Below are positions 12,501-27,500 of a DNA stretch of 64,000 nt, in pieces. Numbering within the stretch: the stretch's first letter is position 1; the number at the start of each line of letters is the position of its first letter. Both the position numbers and the translations under genes were made by a program. The stretch is from Lama guanicoe (taxonomy: Eukaryota): NCBI GenBank assembly GCA_013239625.1, contig MU054323.1, positions 15,814,029 through 15,878,028 of the forward strand, in the 5' to 3' direction. The notes under the pieces are model-generated. The model was not told the DNA's origin. It saw only the letters and a program-made list of their open reading frames with translations, and did no database searches.

Positions 12501-15500
12501 TTTTTTTATTCTGTAACTAAAACAAGACTGAAGGATTCTTAATCAAATTACTTTTTCCTCCTAAAGCGTCTCAATTGGAGACTAAATGTTGCTACTAATG
12601 TTATGTTTCATACAGTTTTAAACTGAACACTCTTTATACACATGTATAATTTCAAGATCATTATTACACTTAACTAATGACACAATGATGAGAATGCTGA
12701 TAATGATGCTAAACAAAAATAAGGGAAAGAGGTTAATCATGAGAAAAGAGAAGGAGATGGAGAGAAGGAAAATGATCCAGAGTGTAATGCAAAGAACAAT
12801 CAAACCTCAATACAAGGCAAAGAGCAAGAGAAGAGAATGAACACAAGTGGCTTTCTAAAGACAATCCAACTTATAATAGCTCAATTACAACCAGCAGCTA
12901 CTAAGAGCCTTGTATTTCTGTATTTTCTTAGTTGAATCTATTAACCTATTTTGATTAAAGAAATAAAATAACATTTAAAAACCCTGTTTGTTCTACTACA
13001 CAGTTTAAGAGGATAATTTTTGGCCATTCACTCTCTCTCTATATATATGTATCATTGCAGTAAGTCTTCTAAGCCCTACTTGCTTATTCATTGCTACACA
13101 GCGTTAGATTTATAAAGTCTTTTGGCATGTAGGTATTATATTGAAGCTGTGAAAATTAATGTAATATATCATAAAATTAGCAAAACTATTACAAAGAAAC
13201 CAACTGTTTGCTTAAAATATTTTTCTAAAAGAAAAACTAGAAGAATTTTTGTGTCTAGTATTTGAATGGGGTTAAGTACGTTCACATTAGCTGTGCCTTC
13301 ATTGCTTGGTCACAGAATTGCTATGATTTGCACTAACTGGAAGTCAGGATGTTTATGAATTTGATTATTTAAAAAGAAATCAGTTTGTAGTTAGGAATTT
13401 CTAGTAAGACCATAGTTATAATAACCAGCTTATAGATTTTTTAATATTTAAATTTATATAATGACTAACAAAGAAAATTAAAGTATCATAATTAGTTATT
13501 ATTTGCCACTGAGCTATTAATAAAGTATTTTGACAGCAAAATAATATCTTAATGTAATCATCCCATAGAAATCACAAGTCAGTACAAAACTTCCAAATGA
13601 TTAGGACAGAGAAAAGTTATCATAGAAGCTTAGGCATTTTCTTTTACTACAGTAAATTAAAACACATGCTATTTCTACTTGAAGTTCAACTAATACCCAT
13701 GGCAGGGCTGCTTTAGCAGAATACTACTGAATAGTGGCCCAGGGAAACATTAAAATGGAAGTAATAAGTTACAGTCTCTGATGGAAGCAGGGGGCATAAA
13801 GAACAGAGAAGTTACATTTAGGAAGTCTGGAGGAATTTAACAGAAGAGTTCTGAAAGTCTGTAGAACTTGCCTACCACAGCATCTCGGACAAGCGAAACA
13901 AAAACTGCACCGATTTAGAGTTGATGCCAGTCACCATCAGGCACCGTAATGGTCTGTCAGTTCTATTGTCTTGTAACACCAATAACACTGCATTGTTGCA
14001 ACACACAACATTTACCATATTCAACAACCTTCTAAAAATGTTGAAATGTTCAATGAATTAACAAAAAGTCAAAGAGGCCTTTAAGAGAAAGCTGCTATAT
14101 TATAAATACTCTTGAATTTGAAATCAGTACAAATTTCCCCAAATTCACGAAAAAAGAGTTGAGGGTTTTAAGTTGAAGGATATGGATTATTTTTAAAGTA
14201 TGCATAATGGTTCCTAAAAATATTTATACCTGAAGTATCCAACTCACCGTTGAGGTATCAATAATGCTTTTCTCTCTTCCATCAATGTCATCATCTTCAT
14301 CTTCATCACTGAAATCTGCAGCTGCACTTTCAAGGAATTTAAAATTCTCCAGCACAGAGGCAGAATCTGTTAACTCGGATTTCCTGGTTTAAAACATGTA
14401 CATCTTGCTCAGTTAAATTTTTTAAACTCAACATAAGAATTAATCCATGATATGTTACACTAGCTTTTGTTTATATTGTAACAATGACCCTCCCAATCAA
14501 ATTATAATCTACGTTGATTCTTATTTATTACATTTCCACAGACTTTAATTGGAAAAGCAATATAGGAAGGAAGTGGTTACTCTTTTAGAAGCCCTTTATA
14601 GTCATAAGTACTATTTAGATTAATTGGAATCTAATGCAAGGAACTCCCCCACCTGATTCAGTATTATTTCAATTCTTAAGCTAACCTTAATGTATTTCTT
14701 TTTAATTTTTTTTCTTATTATCGCTGCTTCTGTTTTTCTCTATTCTTTTCCTCTCTGCAACTCTTCCTCTGACACAGAAGTTTCCATAACTAACAAAATA
14801 ACTAGCAAATAAGTCCTTTTTCTCTAATATAATCTTTTATTTCTGAACAGTTAACGAGTTGAAAAAAGCAAATATATACATGAAGTTACTAAAAATAATA
14901 TATTAGTCAAAGTAATATTACTACAAAACTTAATTCTTTTGGTGAGTAAACCCTTAACCTTTGGAAATGACTGATGTTTCAAATATGTAAGATTTGAATT
15001 TAGTTTCTGCTAAATAAATTTAACAATTTCCTAATGACCAGAATAGGATGAGTCCTCTTTAGTTCATTAGGAAATGTTTTAGATTACAAGATATTTTCTT
15101 TAAAAAATTGAGCTACAATATGGACAGAATTTTCAAATCTGCTCAGAGCTGTTTTTCTTTTCTTTTTTTTTTAATCTACTCTCCATCCCTACAGAAGTCA
15201 CACAGATTCAGAATAATACCTGTCAGTTTCAAAAGATAGGTCAAAGCCAAAACACAAGACATCTAGACTGGTCTTTTCTAAAGGTCTTTATAATTTAAGT
15301 TAATTTATTCAGTGAAAACATAAGCAGGATTAATGTCTACGTTGAGAAACAGTCTACAACTTACATTTAAAACACGTTAAGATAGTTTTAACACTTAATG
15401 AATACATTTAAGAAGACTCCAAATGACATTTGTCTAAATAGTCATATTTCCAACTCTTTACCTAAATCCCATCATTTTAGTTTATGTTCCAAATAACACA

Positions 15501-18500
15501 AACTTTGTTCTCACTAGAAAATGTATAGAGTCCAATTAAAACCATTCTTTCAGCCTACACATACGTTAAAATGACGTAACATACATTTAGACTTCCACAA
15601 AATCTTTGGCTTTTTAAGAATCATGCCAATTTTTTTTTCTATAAAGAAGAATCTCCTTATTTAACTGTCCATGTTTATTTTAAGCAGAATCATTTGTAAC
15701 TGTATGAAAATGATCCAACAAACAAAATGAACTATTTCTGCTACTGAATTTCTCATACTCTATCAATTAAAAAAATATACTTAAAGTAGATATTTTTCAA
15801 AAGAAAGATGAGTTACAGCATTATTAGATAATCAAAAGTTGCCAAGAAAAGGTTGACATCAAAAGAATTAAGTATTTATATGATTTCTGTGGCACCATGA
15901 ATGAAATTTCATTCTTACAGATTTGAAGTGAATTTCCAAATAAGATTTTTTATGAAATTCTAATGGCGACTGAGCTTCAAGATATTAAAATCTATATTAA
16001 ATCCATACATTTCAAGCAATTAAAAATATCAAATAAAAAATTATTAAAATAATCATAAATGATAACTAATCCCTAGGTCATCTTCTACCAATACATTTTT
16101 ATTAAACTTTACAATTAAATTATTTCTGTAGCAGTATCTAAAATTGCAAGTATCACAAGTTTCCCCCATAAACCAAAAATATTAATAAGAACTAAAACTA
16201 CAGCTAACCTACTTTCCAGACAAAATACTCACCCAATCATTGCTGTCTCTTTAACTTCAGCTTCTGTGCCATTTATAACTGAGTCCTGATTTTTGTCATC
16301 TTCCCTGTCAGTGACATCACTTGAAAAGCCCAGCAAAGCTCGCACTCGTTTGGATTTCACATCTAGAATAGTATCTGTGTAACCCACCTCCTGTAGATAC
16401 CTGTGTGTGAAGAGGATCTTTACAACTCAGTCATATTGGAATCAATATTCTATTACTGAATATGTAAATAAAAGTTTTACTTAAATTCAATGCCTGCATA
16501 AGACTTAACAGTACAGTACTATGCTGGTAAGACATGCTAATAAATAATCTTCCAGCTGCAGATGGAGCTGTCTCCTGCAGTACCAGCCTCTACGGTCTCT
16601 GAGAAAAATCAAAGAACTACACAATACACCATTCATTTATCATAAGAAAAGGCTGTTCCTTAATACACCTAATAGCATGTTCTTTCTTCTAGGTAGGTTG
16701 GAGTAAACTCACTCTCAGACTCTACTGAATTACTGTTTTATAATAGTAATTATTACAACCAGTAGTCTTCTTATACTTCTGATGTAAAAGTATCATTGGA
16801 TCAACTGCAATATAGAAAAATGTTTCTAGCTACATGGTTTCCTCCATGACATACAGAAAGACAGTCTATTCCAAAGAGTCACTTTTACAGGAAGGAAGCT
16901 TCTATCCTGACACAACTCTAAAACAGAAATAGAAAATTCTAAAATAAAATTCAATTGTGGGAGGTGGGATGTGTGGGTACACGGGGGTGTGTGTGCTGCA
17001 GAGGCAGCAGCACAGGAAAAAGAGGAGGTTTTGCATGGAGAGTTAAACCTGGGTTTAAAGCCCATTTCTGCCACTTTCTTCCTGTGTAACTTTAATTCTC
17101 CTGAATCCCAGTTTTTTCCTAAAAGAGACACATCTGTTACAGTGCCTGGCATACAGAGGGCACTCACCATCTATCAACAACAAAGATGACCAAAAAAGTC
17201 TGAAAGTGGCAATGGCAGGAACAGGAAAAAGGCAAATGTCATTAATAATGTCATTAATAAACGTGAAAGATAAATGTTAGGCATTAACTCATAAGTAAGC
17301 ATCAAGTCTACGAGGTGAAAGAAAAAAGAAAGATTGAAAAGATAACCAGTATAAGATCAGTATTTCAAGATCTGGTGTTAATAGTTATCATAGCTCAAAG
17401 AGATATCTCACAAAGACATGTGACCAAAATGGAATAAGTGTATCCTACCAAAACAAGGTACTCATTTTTCAATCTTATTCAGTATTTACAGGAAAGTTTT
17501 TGATTAAAATTTGGATAATCAATTTCTAATGTTCCTGAATTTAATCAGTTGTTCGTGCAAATACAAAGGTATTATGCTTTTCTATTTTTTAACAAATATT
17601 TGATACACAACTCACTTTGGCAAGAAAATCACATTACAAATAACTGTTTCAAAAAGTGCTCTCTCCATAAATGAGTTGGCTTTACTAAATAGTTATGTCC
17701 TCATTCACTGATAAAATGTCACCTTTGAGAGGCAGACTATGAGTCTTCCAAAAATATTTCTTGGATTTCTCACTATTGATAGCCGCTTGTCATTTTAAAA
17801 AAAAAAAAAAGATCAGCACTTTAAGAATACTTATTTATTTATAAAAGGAAAATCGTAAATCACATTTAAAACCAAAGTGAAAACCCACTTATTAAATAGT
17901 AATGAAGTCTCATTTTCTGTTAATTTTTAGCAGATAAAAAATAGATTTAAGGAGACACTTTAATACTCTCTTCCCATCATCAAAATGAATGACTGGCATG
18001 CAATCTAGTTTGGAAACCACAGTTTTAAACTATCACAAGCAACCCCAGAAGTCCAAATCAGGTAACAAATTCCTTTTTACTCAGGCACAAATCTAAATAC
18101 CAGTTTCAAATATGATACGCAATGGTCAAACACTAAACTGGTGAGTAGGTCTAGCTGACTACCCGACATCTGAACCTCAAAACCCAGCTTTCTTTATAGT
18201 CTCAAATACACATTTTATAGGAGAAAATATATGTTAGTATAATATTTGAAAGTTTAAAAAATTCAAGACATTCTTGCATCTATTTAAAATAAACTTTAAA
18301 AAACACAGCATAAAAATTACATGATTAGACTCATATTAAAATATGTATATTCATGTATAAAAGGTTCAAAGAAAAGAGTAACTTTAAGGGTACAGAATTC
18401 TTTAAACTACAAATTTAAGTGCATAATAAAATTTAGAAGCTTAAAGTTGTATTCTTTTTGATGAAGCTAAAATTACAGAAAGCAAATTTATTCTTGGTAA

Positions 18501-21500
18501 TTCTTAGTAATATTTAATGAAAAACACATTCTGCCATAGAGGAAAAACTGTTTAATATGAAAAAGGAATAGTAATTCAGTGAAGCTTTTTCTTTCTCCTA
18601 AACCATGTTTTTTTTTTAGTGAAGCTTTTCACAGCAGCAGTATAAGAAATAAAATTACTCTACTGAGTTAGAAATACAAAATAAAAATAATCTCATGAAA
18701 ATATGCTTCTTTATTTGACCACGAGATACTTACTGTCTGAGTAGTTGTCGACCTTGTTTCCACATCAACTGGCTGTTTTGTTGTGGCTGCACCTCTGTTT
18801 CATTACCTTCATCTGGAAAACATTAAATCATAATAAAACTGACTTGTTATACCCTTTAGAGGGTATCTCAATTCGTAAGAAATGCCTAATAAGAATTTGT
18901 AAGATTAAGAACATGTAAGTTTTAGGACTATGTAAATTCTGTTTTTCACTTTAATTTCCATAACAAAACTAATAAATTAATTATTGCTACTGGATTTTCC
19001 TGTGAGTTTCAGAACTAAAATGAAGACATTTTTGCTGATTTTTAGGAATCCTAAGAATTTTCCTCCAGGACAAGGATCTACCCAAATCAAGTCACACAAG
19101 AATCAAATTAAAGTATTATGAAGCATCACATCATAATTAGAACAAAATACCTCGGAATGATGGTTTAAGAAAAAAAAAGAAAGAGCCAGTCTGGTAGAGT
19201 AGATAGATAAAAAATAATTTCAATCCAAATCTGTTTCCTTCACTAGGTATTAAATGAAAACCGCAAGCATTCTTTTTAAGACATCCTTTAAATGAAAATC
19301 TCCCCATAAGCCTTATAAAGCTTAAATTCATTAAAGTTTAAAATCATTTGATAGAAGCCAAATCCTTTCAAGTAGATGGTAAAATAAAAACAGTCATCTC
19401 CATGTTAAGGCTGGGCCAAAGAATTTCTAAACTACAGTATATAAGAAACTGTGGTCTTTACAGAGTTTTTTTATTAAGTAGGATATAAGAGATACTGGGA
19501 AAATTTGTTTTATGATATTTGATATTAAACATTTAATGTGTTCTAGATGCTGTGTTTAAAACATAATATCTTTTAACCTTTACAACCTCAAAAAATAGGT
19601 GTTATTATTATCCCTGTTTTAAAGATTAGAAAGGTGAGTTTTACCGGGTACACTTCAAGGTTTCTAAGTTAGAAATACAGTTGTGAGAGTGTTGAAATCA
19701 TGTCTGACTCCACAGCTCACACATGTTCCTCCACACACTATCAATACAAAGATAAGAAATTAGAGAAATATGTAAATAAAAATAAGAATTAGATCGTGCA
19801 TTTTCATTATTCTCCTAAAGTAACTAGACCAAGTGACATACCAAAGAAAGAGCAGCTGGGCAAAGGAGGGGGAGAAGTATGAGGGTGGTTAAGGTAACTC
19901 AAAAAGGAAGATAATTTTGGGAAGACTTCAAAGAGGGTATGCTTTAAAAAAAAAAGGAAAAACAATGTCCCAATCCTAAGGAAAAACCATACATTGTTCT
20001 ACTAACCCACACATTCAGGAATCATGTATACAATGTAATGTATTACAATATATTCCCTTTTAAGTCAAGTGAGTAGCCTGTACGTCCTACATCTGCACTC
20101 TAAGAACATCTACACTGGCATTTCAAAAGACCAAAAACTTCAGATGTGAAAGAACTTTTGAGGTCATCTAATTTCCCCTCAAAATATACCTAAATCCTTC
20201 CTGTACCATCCTCAGATACACTCAACTACCTCTGCCTACTCTGGCAGCTAGTGTTGTTACCAAAGTGTAGTATATCCATTCAGTGGAACACTACTCAATA
20301 CAAAAAAGGAATGAACTACTTACTGATATACCAATATGAATAGATCTCGATTGCATTGTGCTGAATGAAAGAACCTAGATTTAAAAGGCTACATTCTGTA
20401 TGACTCTGGAAATAATATAACCTTCTTGAAAGGGCAAAACTGCAGGAACAGAAAACAGATTAGTGGTTGCCAGGGGATTAGAGTAGGGTAGGAGAGGTTA
20501 ACCACAAAGGCTATTAGTAACAAAATTGTGTTTGTGAAAACACTGAAAATGAGAACTTTACTGCATGCAAATTACACCTTAATAAAAAATAAATTAAGCC
20601 AAATCAAATATGAATGCATCCTCACCCTCTTTTTAAAAAGTATATTCTTATATACAGATAAAATCTGACTCCCTGTGTTATCATTTTGACATGTACGAAA
20701 AACATCAAATCACTATGTTGTACACCTGAAACTAATAAACTGTTGTAAGTCAATTACACTTCAATGAAAAGAAAAGAGAGAAAAGACTCAGTCCCGCCTT
20801 GAGTTAACCACGGTATACGACAAAAACAGCAAGGCTGTGAACTGCTGCTTATCTCATCATCCCACACTGGATCATGACCAGCCTCCAGATGACTGCAAGG
20901 AAGCAAATGAAACCAGTCACAACACTCCGAAAGAATGAAGAGACTCAGAGACCTATGGAGCTTGTGGAGTCCTTATCTCCTTAGTAATGGATCTGAGATA
21001 AAACACTTACCCTAGTTCTTTTATTAAATTAGTGTATGAACTAATGAGCTAAGATTATGTCTGTGACCAAAGACCTACCCACACAAACACAAGACAGGCT
21101 CTTTACTCAACACTGCCAAGATCTGTTTTCCTATGATTTACAGAAATAATGGTATAGCCGTCTGTAAGAGCAGTAAGTTTCAATGCCTGCAAAGTGCTTA
21201 TAAAGACAGAAATCTTAATTTTGAATAAATTTCTCAGAAGTGAATTTCCTCTATGAAGAAAAAAATCTGACTCTGGGTAATATCTGATGTTAAAAAAAAA
21301 AAGTATGAGGTTAAAAAAACAGCCCTTGCACATGTGAACTTGATTTTCCCCACATTTCCTTATCCAGGCTAAATATTCAGTTCTCTCAATGATTAGTAAG
21401 TGGTCATCAGCTATCAGATTCATCTTTACCTTATCAAGTTCAGAAAGTAACATTATACAAAAATGAGGATTTCAGAGTGGGCAAGAGTTGAATTTCTTGG

Positions 21501-24500
21501 TAATATTAAAAGTACTTGACTGGAACTTCCAGTCAAGCTGGAGTAACAGGGTACCAATTTACTCTCCTCCTTGAAGCAACTATAAAACAAAATGGATGAC
21601 ATAATTGTTAAGACACTGGACGTCAGGCAACAGAGGACAGCGATCCCTGAGGAAAGGAAAGCAAACAGGTTGAGTCCTATGATTGTTCCAGCTTATTCTC
21701 TTGATAGTTTCCTGATCACGGCACAGGAAGAGGGAACAAAAATAATTTCTGAAGAAATAATGGCTGAGAAGTTCTCAATTTCACGAAAACTATAAACCCA
21801 TAGATCCAAGAAACTCAACAAACCCCAAGTACAAGTACAGACAGGGGAGTAATGACATCAAAGCACATTATATAATAAAACTGCTTAAAACTGATGATAA
21901 AGAGATAAATCTTAAAAGGAACCCAAGAAAAAGGTCACTTATATACAGAAGAACAAAGATAAGGATGACAGAAGTTACTGCATCAAAAACAATGCAAGCA
22001 GCAAGATAAAGACTTTCTCATACACACAAAAGCTAAAAGAATTTATTATCAGCAGCCTGTATTACAAAGTATGTTAAGGAACGTCCGTAAGGCAGAAGGA
22101 AAATGGTATCGGAAAATATGGATGCACACAAAGGAACAATGAGCGCTGAAAATATACAATTTTTATATTATTTAAATCTCTTTAAAAGAGAACTGACTGT
22201 TGAAACAAAAATAAGAGTGTAGTGTGTGGTTTATAAATATATACACAGAAGTAAAATACATGAGAACTGCACAAAGACTTTGAGATGGAAATACACTGTT
22301 AGAAGGTTCTCATGCTACACATGAAGTGGTATATTATCACTTAAAGATAGGCTCTAATAAGTTAAAAACATATACTATAAAGCCTAAAGCATCCAGTAAA
22401 TTAAGAGTTACAGCAATGCCAGCAAAAGAGATAAAATGGAACCATAAAAGATACTACATTAATCCAAAAGAAATCAAAAAAGAGGAAAAGTAAGCAAAGA
22501 ACAGACTGAATGAGTAGAAAACAAATAGCAAAGGTGGTAACCTTTAAAGCTAACCATATCAATAATCATATTAAATGTAAACGATTTAAACATCTCAATT
22601 AAAAGGCAGAACTTGTCACTCTGAAAAAAGATATTCTATTTTTAGTAAGTATCTGACTTCTAATATGAAGTAGGAGAAACTGAAATATGAAAGATATATA
22701 AAATAGATTTTAAACATACCTTAGGGTAATATTCTCCTAAAGTAAAAATGTAAAGATTTGGAAGTGGAACAACACAGGGAAAAAAAAAATCAGAGGGGAA
22801 ACTAATTTTTTGTGGAAAATGTTTCAGAAAATTAATCAGGAAAATATAGTACATGGATAAAAGAACAAAAGAAGGAAAAAGCCCTGCTTCTTTACTTTAA
22901 TCTGGATACACGACCTTCTCGCCTCTCCTAGTCACTGTCCTTATCACTGTCATCTATAAATCCCTTGATAACACTCTAAATCAGGCTCACATGCTTCCTC
23001 TGCAACCACACTTTTATATCATCTTGACTGAAGTTAATATTAATATGCATGTGGGTGATCCACTTCAGCCTCTGCACAACCGCCACCCTCTCTGGTTGTC
23101 ATACCTTAGATCCTGTCATTATGAAGAACTGTCACAGATGCAAACTCATTCTCTAAGCATATCCTTCTGGCTCAATACTCCCAGCTTACTAGGTGCTTTG
23201 ATTTAGGTGGGACCTTAGTCCAGGGGCTAGCAAATTTTGGCCTGCAGGTCAAATCGAGCCTGCTGTGCTTATTCATTTATGTGTTGTGGCTGCTTTCATG
23301 TTATGTCGGCAGAGGGAGTAGCTGCAACTGAGAACACACGGCCTACAGAGCCCAAATATTACTATCGGACTCTTTATAAGAGTCTGCTGACCTGCTGTAG
23401 TCCGTAGCCTACCCCCTTTCTTTAACCCTTTTGTCTTCACTTCCTTCCCTCTCTAGTTTTAGTTCAGGATCTATCAACTCAATCATTCTTTTGACAGTGT
23501 CTTCAATTTTTTGTCCCCTAGTCTCCCTTTGAATTCAACTATTAACTATTTTTGTTCTATTATCTTTTACCTAGGCTGCCAAGTATGCAGACCAGTACCT
23601 CTATATAAACTCGTGATCACACACCTCAACTGGACCTTAGTTTTTCTCAATTCTACTATTTCTTAGTCAGTTTGTTCTTGTGTTCATTATATTTTAAATC
23701 TTCTCCACTTTTCTTAAACCTCTGATGCACTCTTGGCAGATAATCTGTCTCATACATAAAGCTATCATATTAAATACCCACCACCAGACCTACATATCTG
23801 TAACCTAACTTCTAACATTCTCTTTTGGTAACAATAAAAGACATGCTCCTCTTGCCATTCTCCAACTTTGTTCAGAATCCAATCCCTACGGCTTCTTCAG
23901 ATACCTTCCTATTTTAAGCATCTTTACTTTCTCCCTTTTATTTGCTCCTCCTTTAAGAAACATACCTCTCACACACTCAATTTCTCTCTCTCACACACAC
24001 ATACATATACACACACTCTTCCTTGATCCCATGTGTCCCTTTAGCTATTTCCCTCTTCTTCACCTCCGCAACAGAAGTCTCCTAAAAGCTGACTACACTT
24101 AGTCTTCACTTTCTACACTTAGCTCTTGTTTCTGGTCTCAGGTCTTTCCTAAGACGGCTGACAAGAAAGATCTCAGTGATCTGTGTGTCTCTTAACCCTA
24201 GAGATACTCTTCAGCCCTCTAGGCAGCAGCCAGAAGTGCTGAACGATCCTTCTTTCTAGAAATTCTCTCTTCTCTTGGTCTCCATTCTCCTGGTTTTCCT
24301 CCTACCATTAAAATAATTCTTATCAGTTTCCTATTCTTCTACCAGTTTTTTAAATGTTGCCAATTCCCCAGGGCTCCATTTTGGGTCCTCTTCTTACTCT
24401 GTGTAAGGTCCCTGGTGAACTCTTCCACTCCAACAGCACTGAGCGGCATCAGTACTAGCTGCTACGTGCTCTCAGATCTACACAGCAAACCTGCATCTCT

Positions 24501-27500
24501 GGCTCAGGCTCCAGGCCCAACCATTTACTAGCTATTTTCACTTAATGGCCTAACAAATAAATCCAAAAGTGAACCCACCATCTTCCAAAGCTACTTCAGG
24601 TCTAGTTTTTTAAACTAGAATTGTGGGAGTCACCTTCGACTCTCTTTTTTTTCAACCCCCTACATTCAAACAAGAACTAATTTCCTGCAGATTTTACTTC
24701 CTAAATATTTCCTGAACACACTTACCTCTCTTCAGCGTCACTGTTAGTATTCTTGTCAAGATATCCTCATTTACCTAGGTGGCTGTAAAGTTCTAACCAG
24801 ACTCTCCATCTCCAATTTTGCTCCTCTCTAACCCACCTTCTACACTGCTGCAGTGTGCTCTAAGAGCAATTCTGATCACAAGACTCCTAATCAAGATCTT
24901 TCAAATGCCTTCCCATAATTAGTTAAGTGTGAACTTCTTAACATAGTTTACAAGACCCTTGTAACATATTTTACCATCTGCCTTTCCTCCCTCCCTCTAC
25001 TGTCCAGGTATTTCACTTCTCAAATGTGCCAAATTCTTACCTCAGAAATTTTACACTAATGCTTTGCCTTTCTTCCACCTCTCATTCAAAAAATGTTTAG
25101 TCAGTTCAGTTTCCCTGGTTAATTCTTACATGCCCTTCAGATGTCAACTTCAAATACCACTTCCTGCAAGCAGCTTTCCTTGATCACTTGCAACTAGGTT
25201 TGGTTCTCCTGCTACTGTGCTCCGTAACACCTATGACTTCTCCATTATAATGTCATTTTATTGTAATCACTTTTTTCTTTTATCTTCTCTGTAAAAATCC
25301 CATAGGGTATTGTTATCTTATTCATAGAATCTGGTGCTGGGTCTGACACAAGCATTACATATTTAATATTTATAAGATGAATGGGTAGTTTGAAAGAGCA
25401 ACAAATGGAATGATACCAGGTATTATACACTAAGAACATAATCCTGGGAGTTAAGAATTATTTCCAGAACTTTTCCTAGTTTACAGGCAAGGAATGCAGC
25501 AACCTCAGAAAGATTAAGTAACATCACAGGTATTTAAAGTGTCAGGACAGAGTCAAACCTAAGTATCTAATTTCAAAACCCAAACTTCTTCTCCTGAGCC
25601 GCACTGTTTATTTGTAAGTATTCTGTAAACAACTAGGACTTTATATTCCTAAACTGATACCTAAAAATTAGGCAACAAACTTTCTTTTATGTAAATGTAT
25701 TGATTAAAATCACTTCTTTGAATCAGACCATAGTCTTTTAGGACAGTCTTACATAGTCTAGATTTTTTTTAAAAAGGAAAGATTTTTTTTTAAATTTAAG
25801 TGTATCTCAAGCTGAGACACCAAAGTAAAAGAACAATCAAAAGACAAAACAAAACAAAACAACAAAAATGTATATATATATATATGTCAGTGATCAACTG
25901 GTATTGCTCTAAATTTCAAGGATTCAATACTCAGCTGTGGAAACATGTTAATAAAATTACTACACTGAACAGAATTACAAAATTGACAGCACATTCAGAA
26001 CTTATTTTATAAAGTTCTTTCATTGCCCAACAGAAGCAGTATGGTCAAATAGGAAGAATATGAATTCTGGAGTCAGACAGATCTAGATTCAGATCCATAT
26101 TCCCATTACTTAATAGTTATGTGACCTCAAGCAAGTTTACCCACTTCTCCAAGTTAAATTTCACATAGGTAAAATGAAAATACCATTATTTTTATTGAAT
26201 AACTATATTAAGAATTAATGTACATAAAGCCTAAAGTACAAAGTAGGTATTTGGTAATAGTTATGTCAGATATTTGATCCAGGAATTTCACCTGAAATTA
26301 TGTGAAAAACACAGTCATCTGAAACATGATGATAACTTTTCAAAAATTTTTCTTACTTTTCCCTTACACTTAATAAGTCAATTATATTCCTTAATACCTC
26401 TACAAGTACTATTTTTGTATTGTTTCATGGAGTCATGAGGAAGGTAGGAGAAGGAAAAACAAGAAATAACACAAAAAATAATAGGTGTTTGAGCTGTTAA
26501 AAGATGCTCTGGTTACACTGGATAAGAAAGTCCAAAACAATTTTGCATCTGAAATTGAGGGATTAGATTTAAAGTAAGAGTAATTCTCTTGCACTTAAAG
26601 AAGAAATGTCTTACCTCTGAAGTTTCTAACTTTCTCTCAGGATTTCAAGGGCATAATGTACTTTGTATTACACATCTCAAAGTTCCCATTAATACTGGGG
26701 GGACCCAGCAAGACACAGTTATGTTCGTGCATGTTAACCCATGAATTCTGATCCTTCCAGTAAGTGAAGAACATAAGCAGAAAATGAGAAACTAAAAGAA
26801 AGGGGAAGAGGGAAAAGGAAGGAAGGTAGTGGAAAATGATCTAAACAACACTAAGTCATTAGTGCCAAAAGGTAAGTATGCCAGAAAAAGTAATACGCAA
26901 ATAATCAGAAATTAACTTGCAGTTATAAATATTATTGCTACAAAATACTAGATATTAACTTCTTTTTTTAATCACTTAAATTTCCTTTAAAATCAGCTTA
27001 CCAGAATCATAGCTTGGAGGCTTCATATCTCCCTGATTCAATTCTGTCCCATATTTCAACTTGTGGTATTTGGCTCTAACAAAGAAATGAGAAAATATAA
27101 ACCATCTTAAAACATATTTAAATGAACTTAAAGATACATAATAGGATTAGTCGTCAGTATGCAGTAATCCTAACTTTCAATGGCTCAAAGCCTGTCACCC
27201 TGTCAAAGTTCTAACACAAAAAAAATGATTTTGTTGTTGTTATACCTTCAAGTTCCATTATAACAAATAGAGGAATAACACTGAGAACCATAAATCTTGC
27301 TTCTATAATTACAAACGAACCATGTAACAGTCTAGTTTCTGTAGTATTCAAATTTTCTTGATGAGTGCCAGAGTACAATTTTATCAAAAACAGTAGATAA
27401 GTGAAATAAACTTGAAAAAGACTAATCTTTCTCAAAATTGAGTTTGTTTTTTTTAAGTCATCCATAACACTCTGTGCCTTCTCAGGCAATTATGCTTCAC

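Noticed and set aside
16401..16420. U12-type intron suggested by atcctcttcac before the exon 5 acceptor
   Set aside because: The matching donor of intron 4 is gtaagt (U2-type), not the U12 RTATCCTT consensus.
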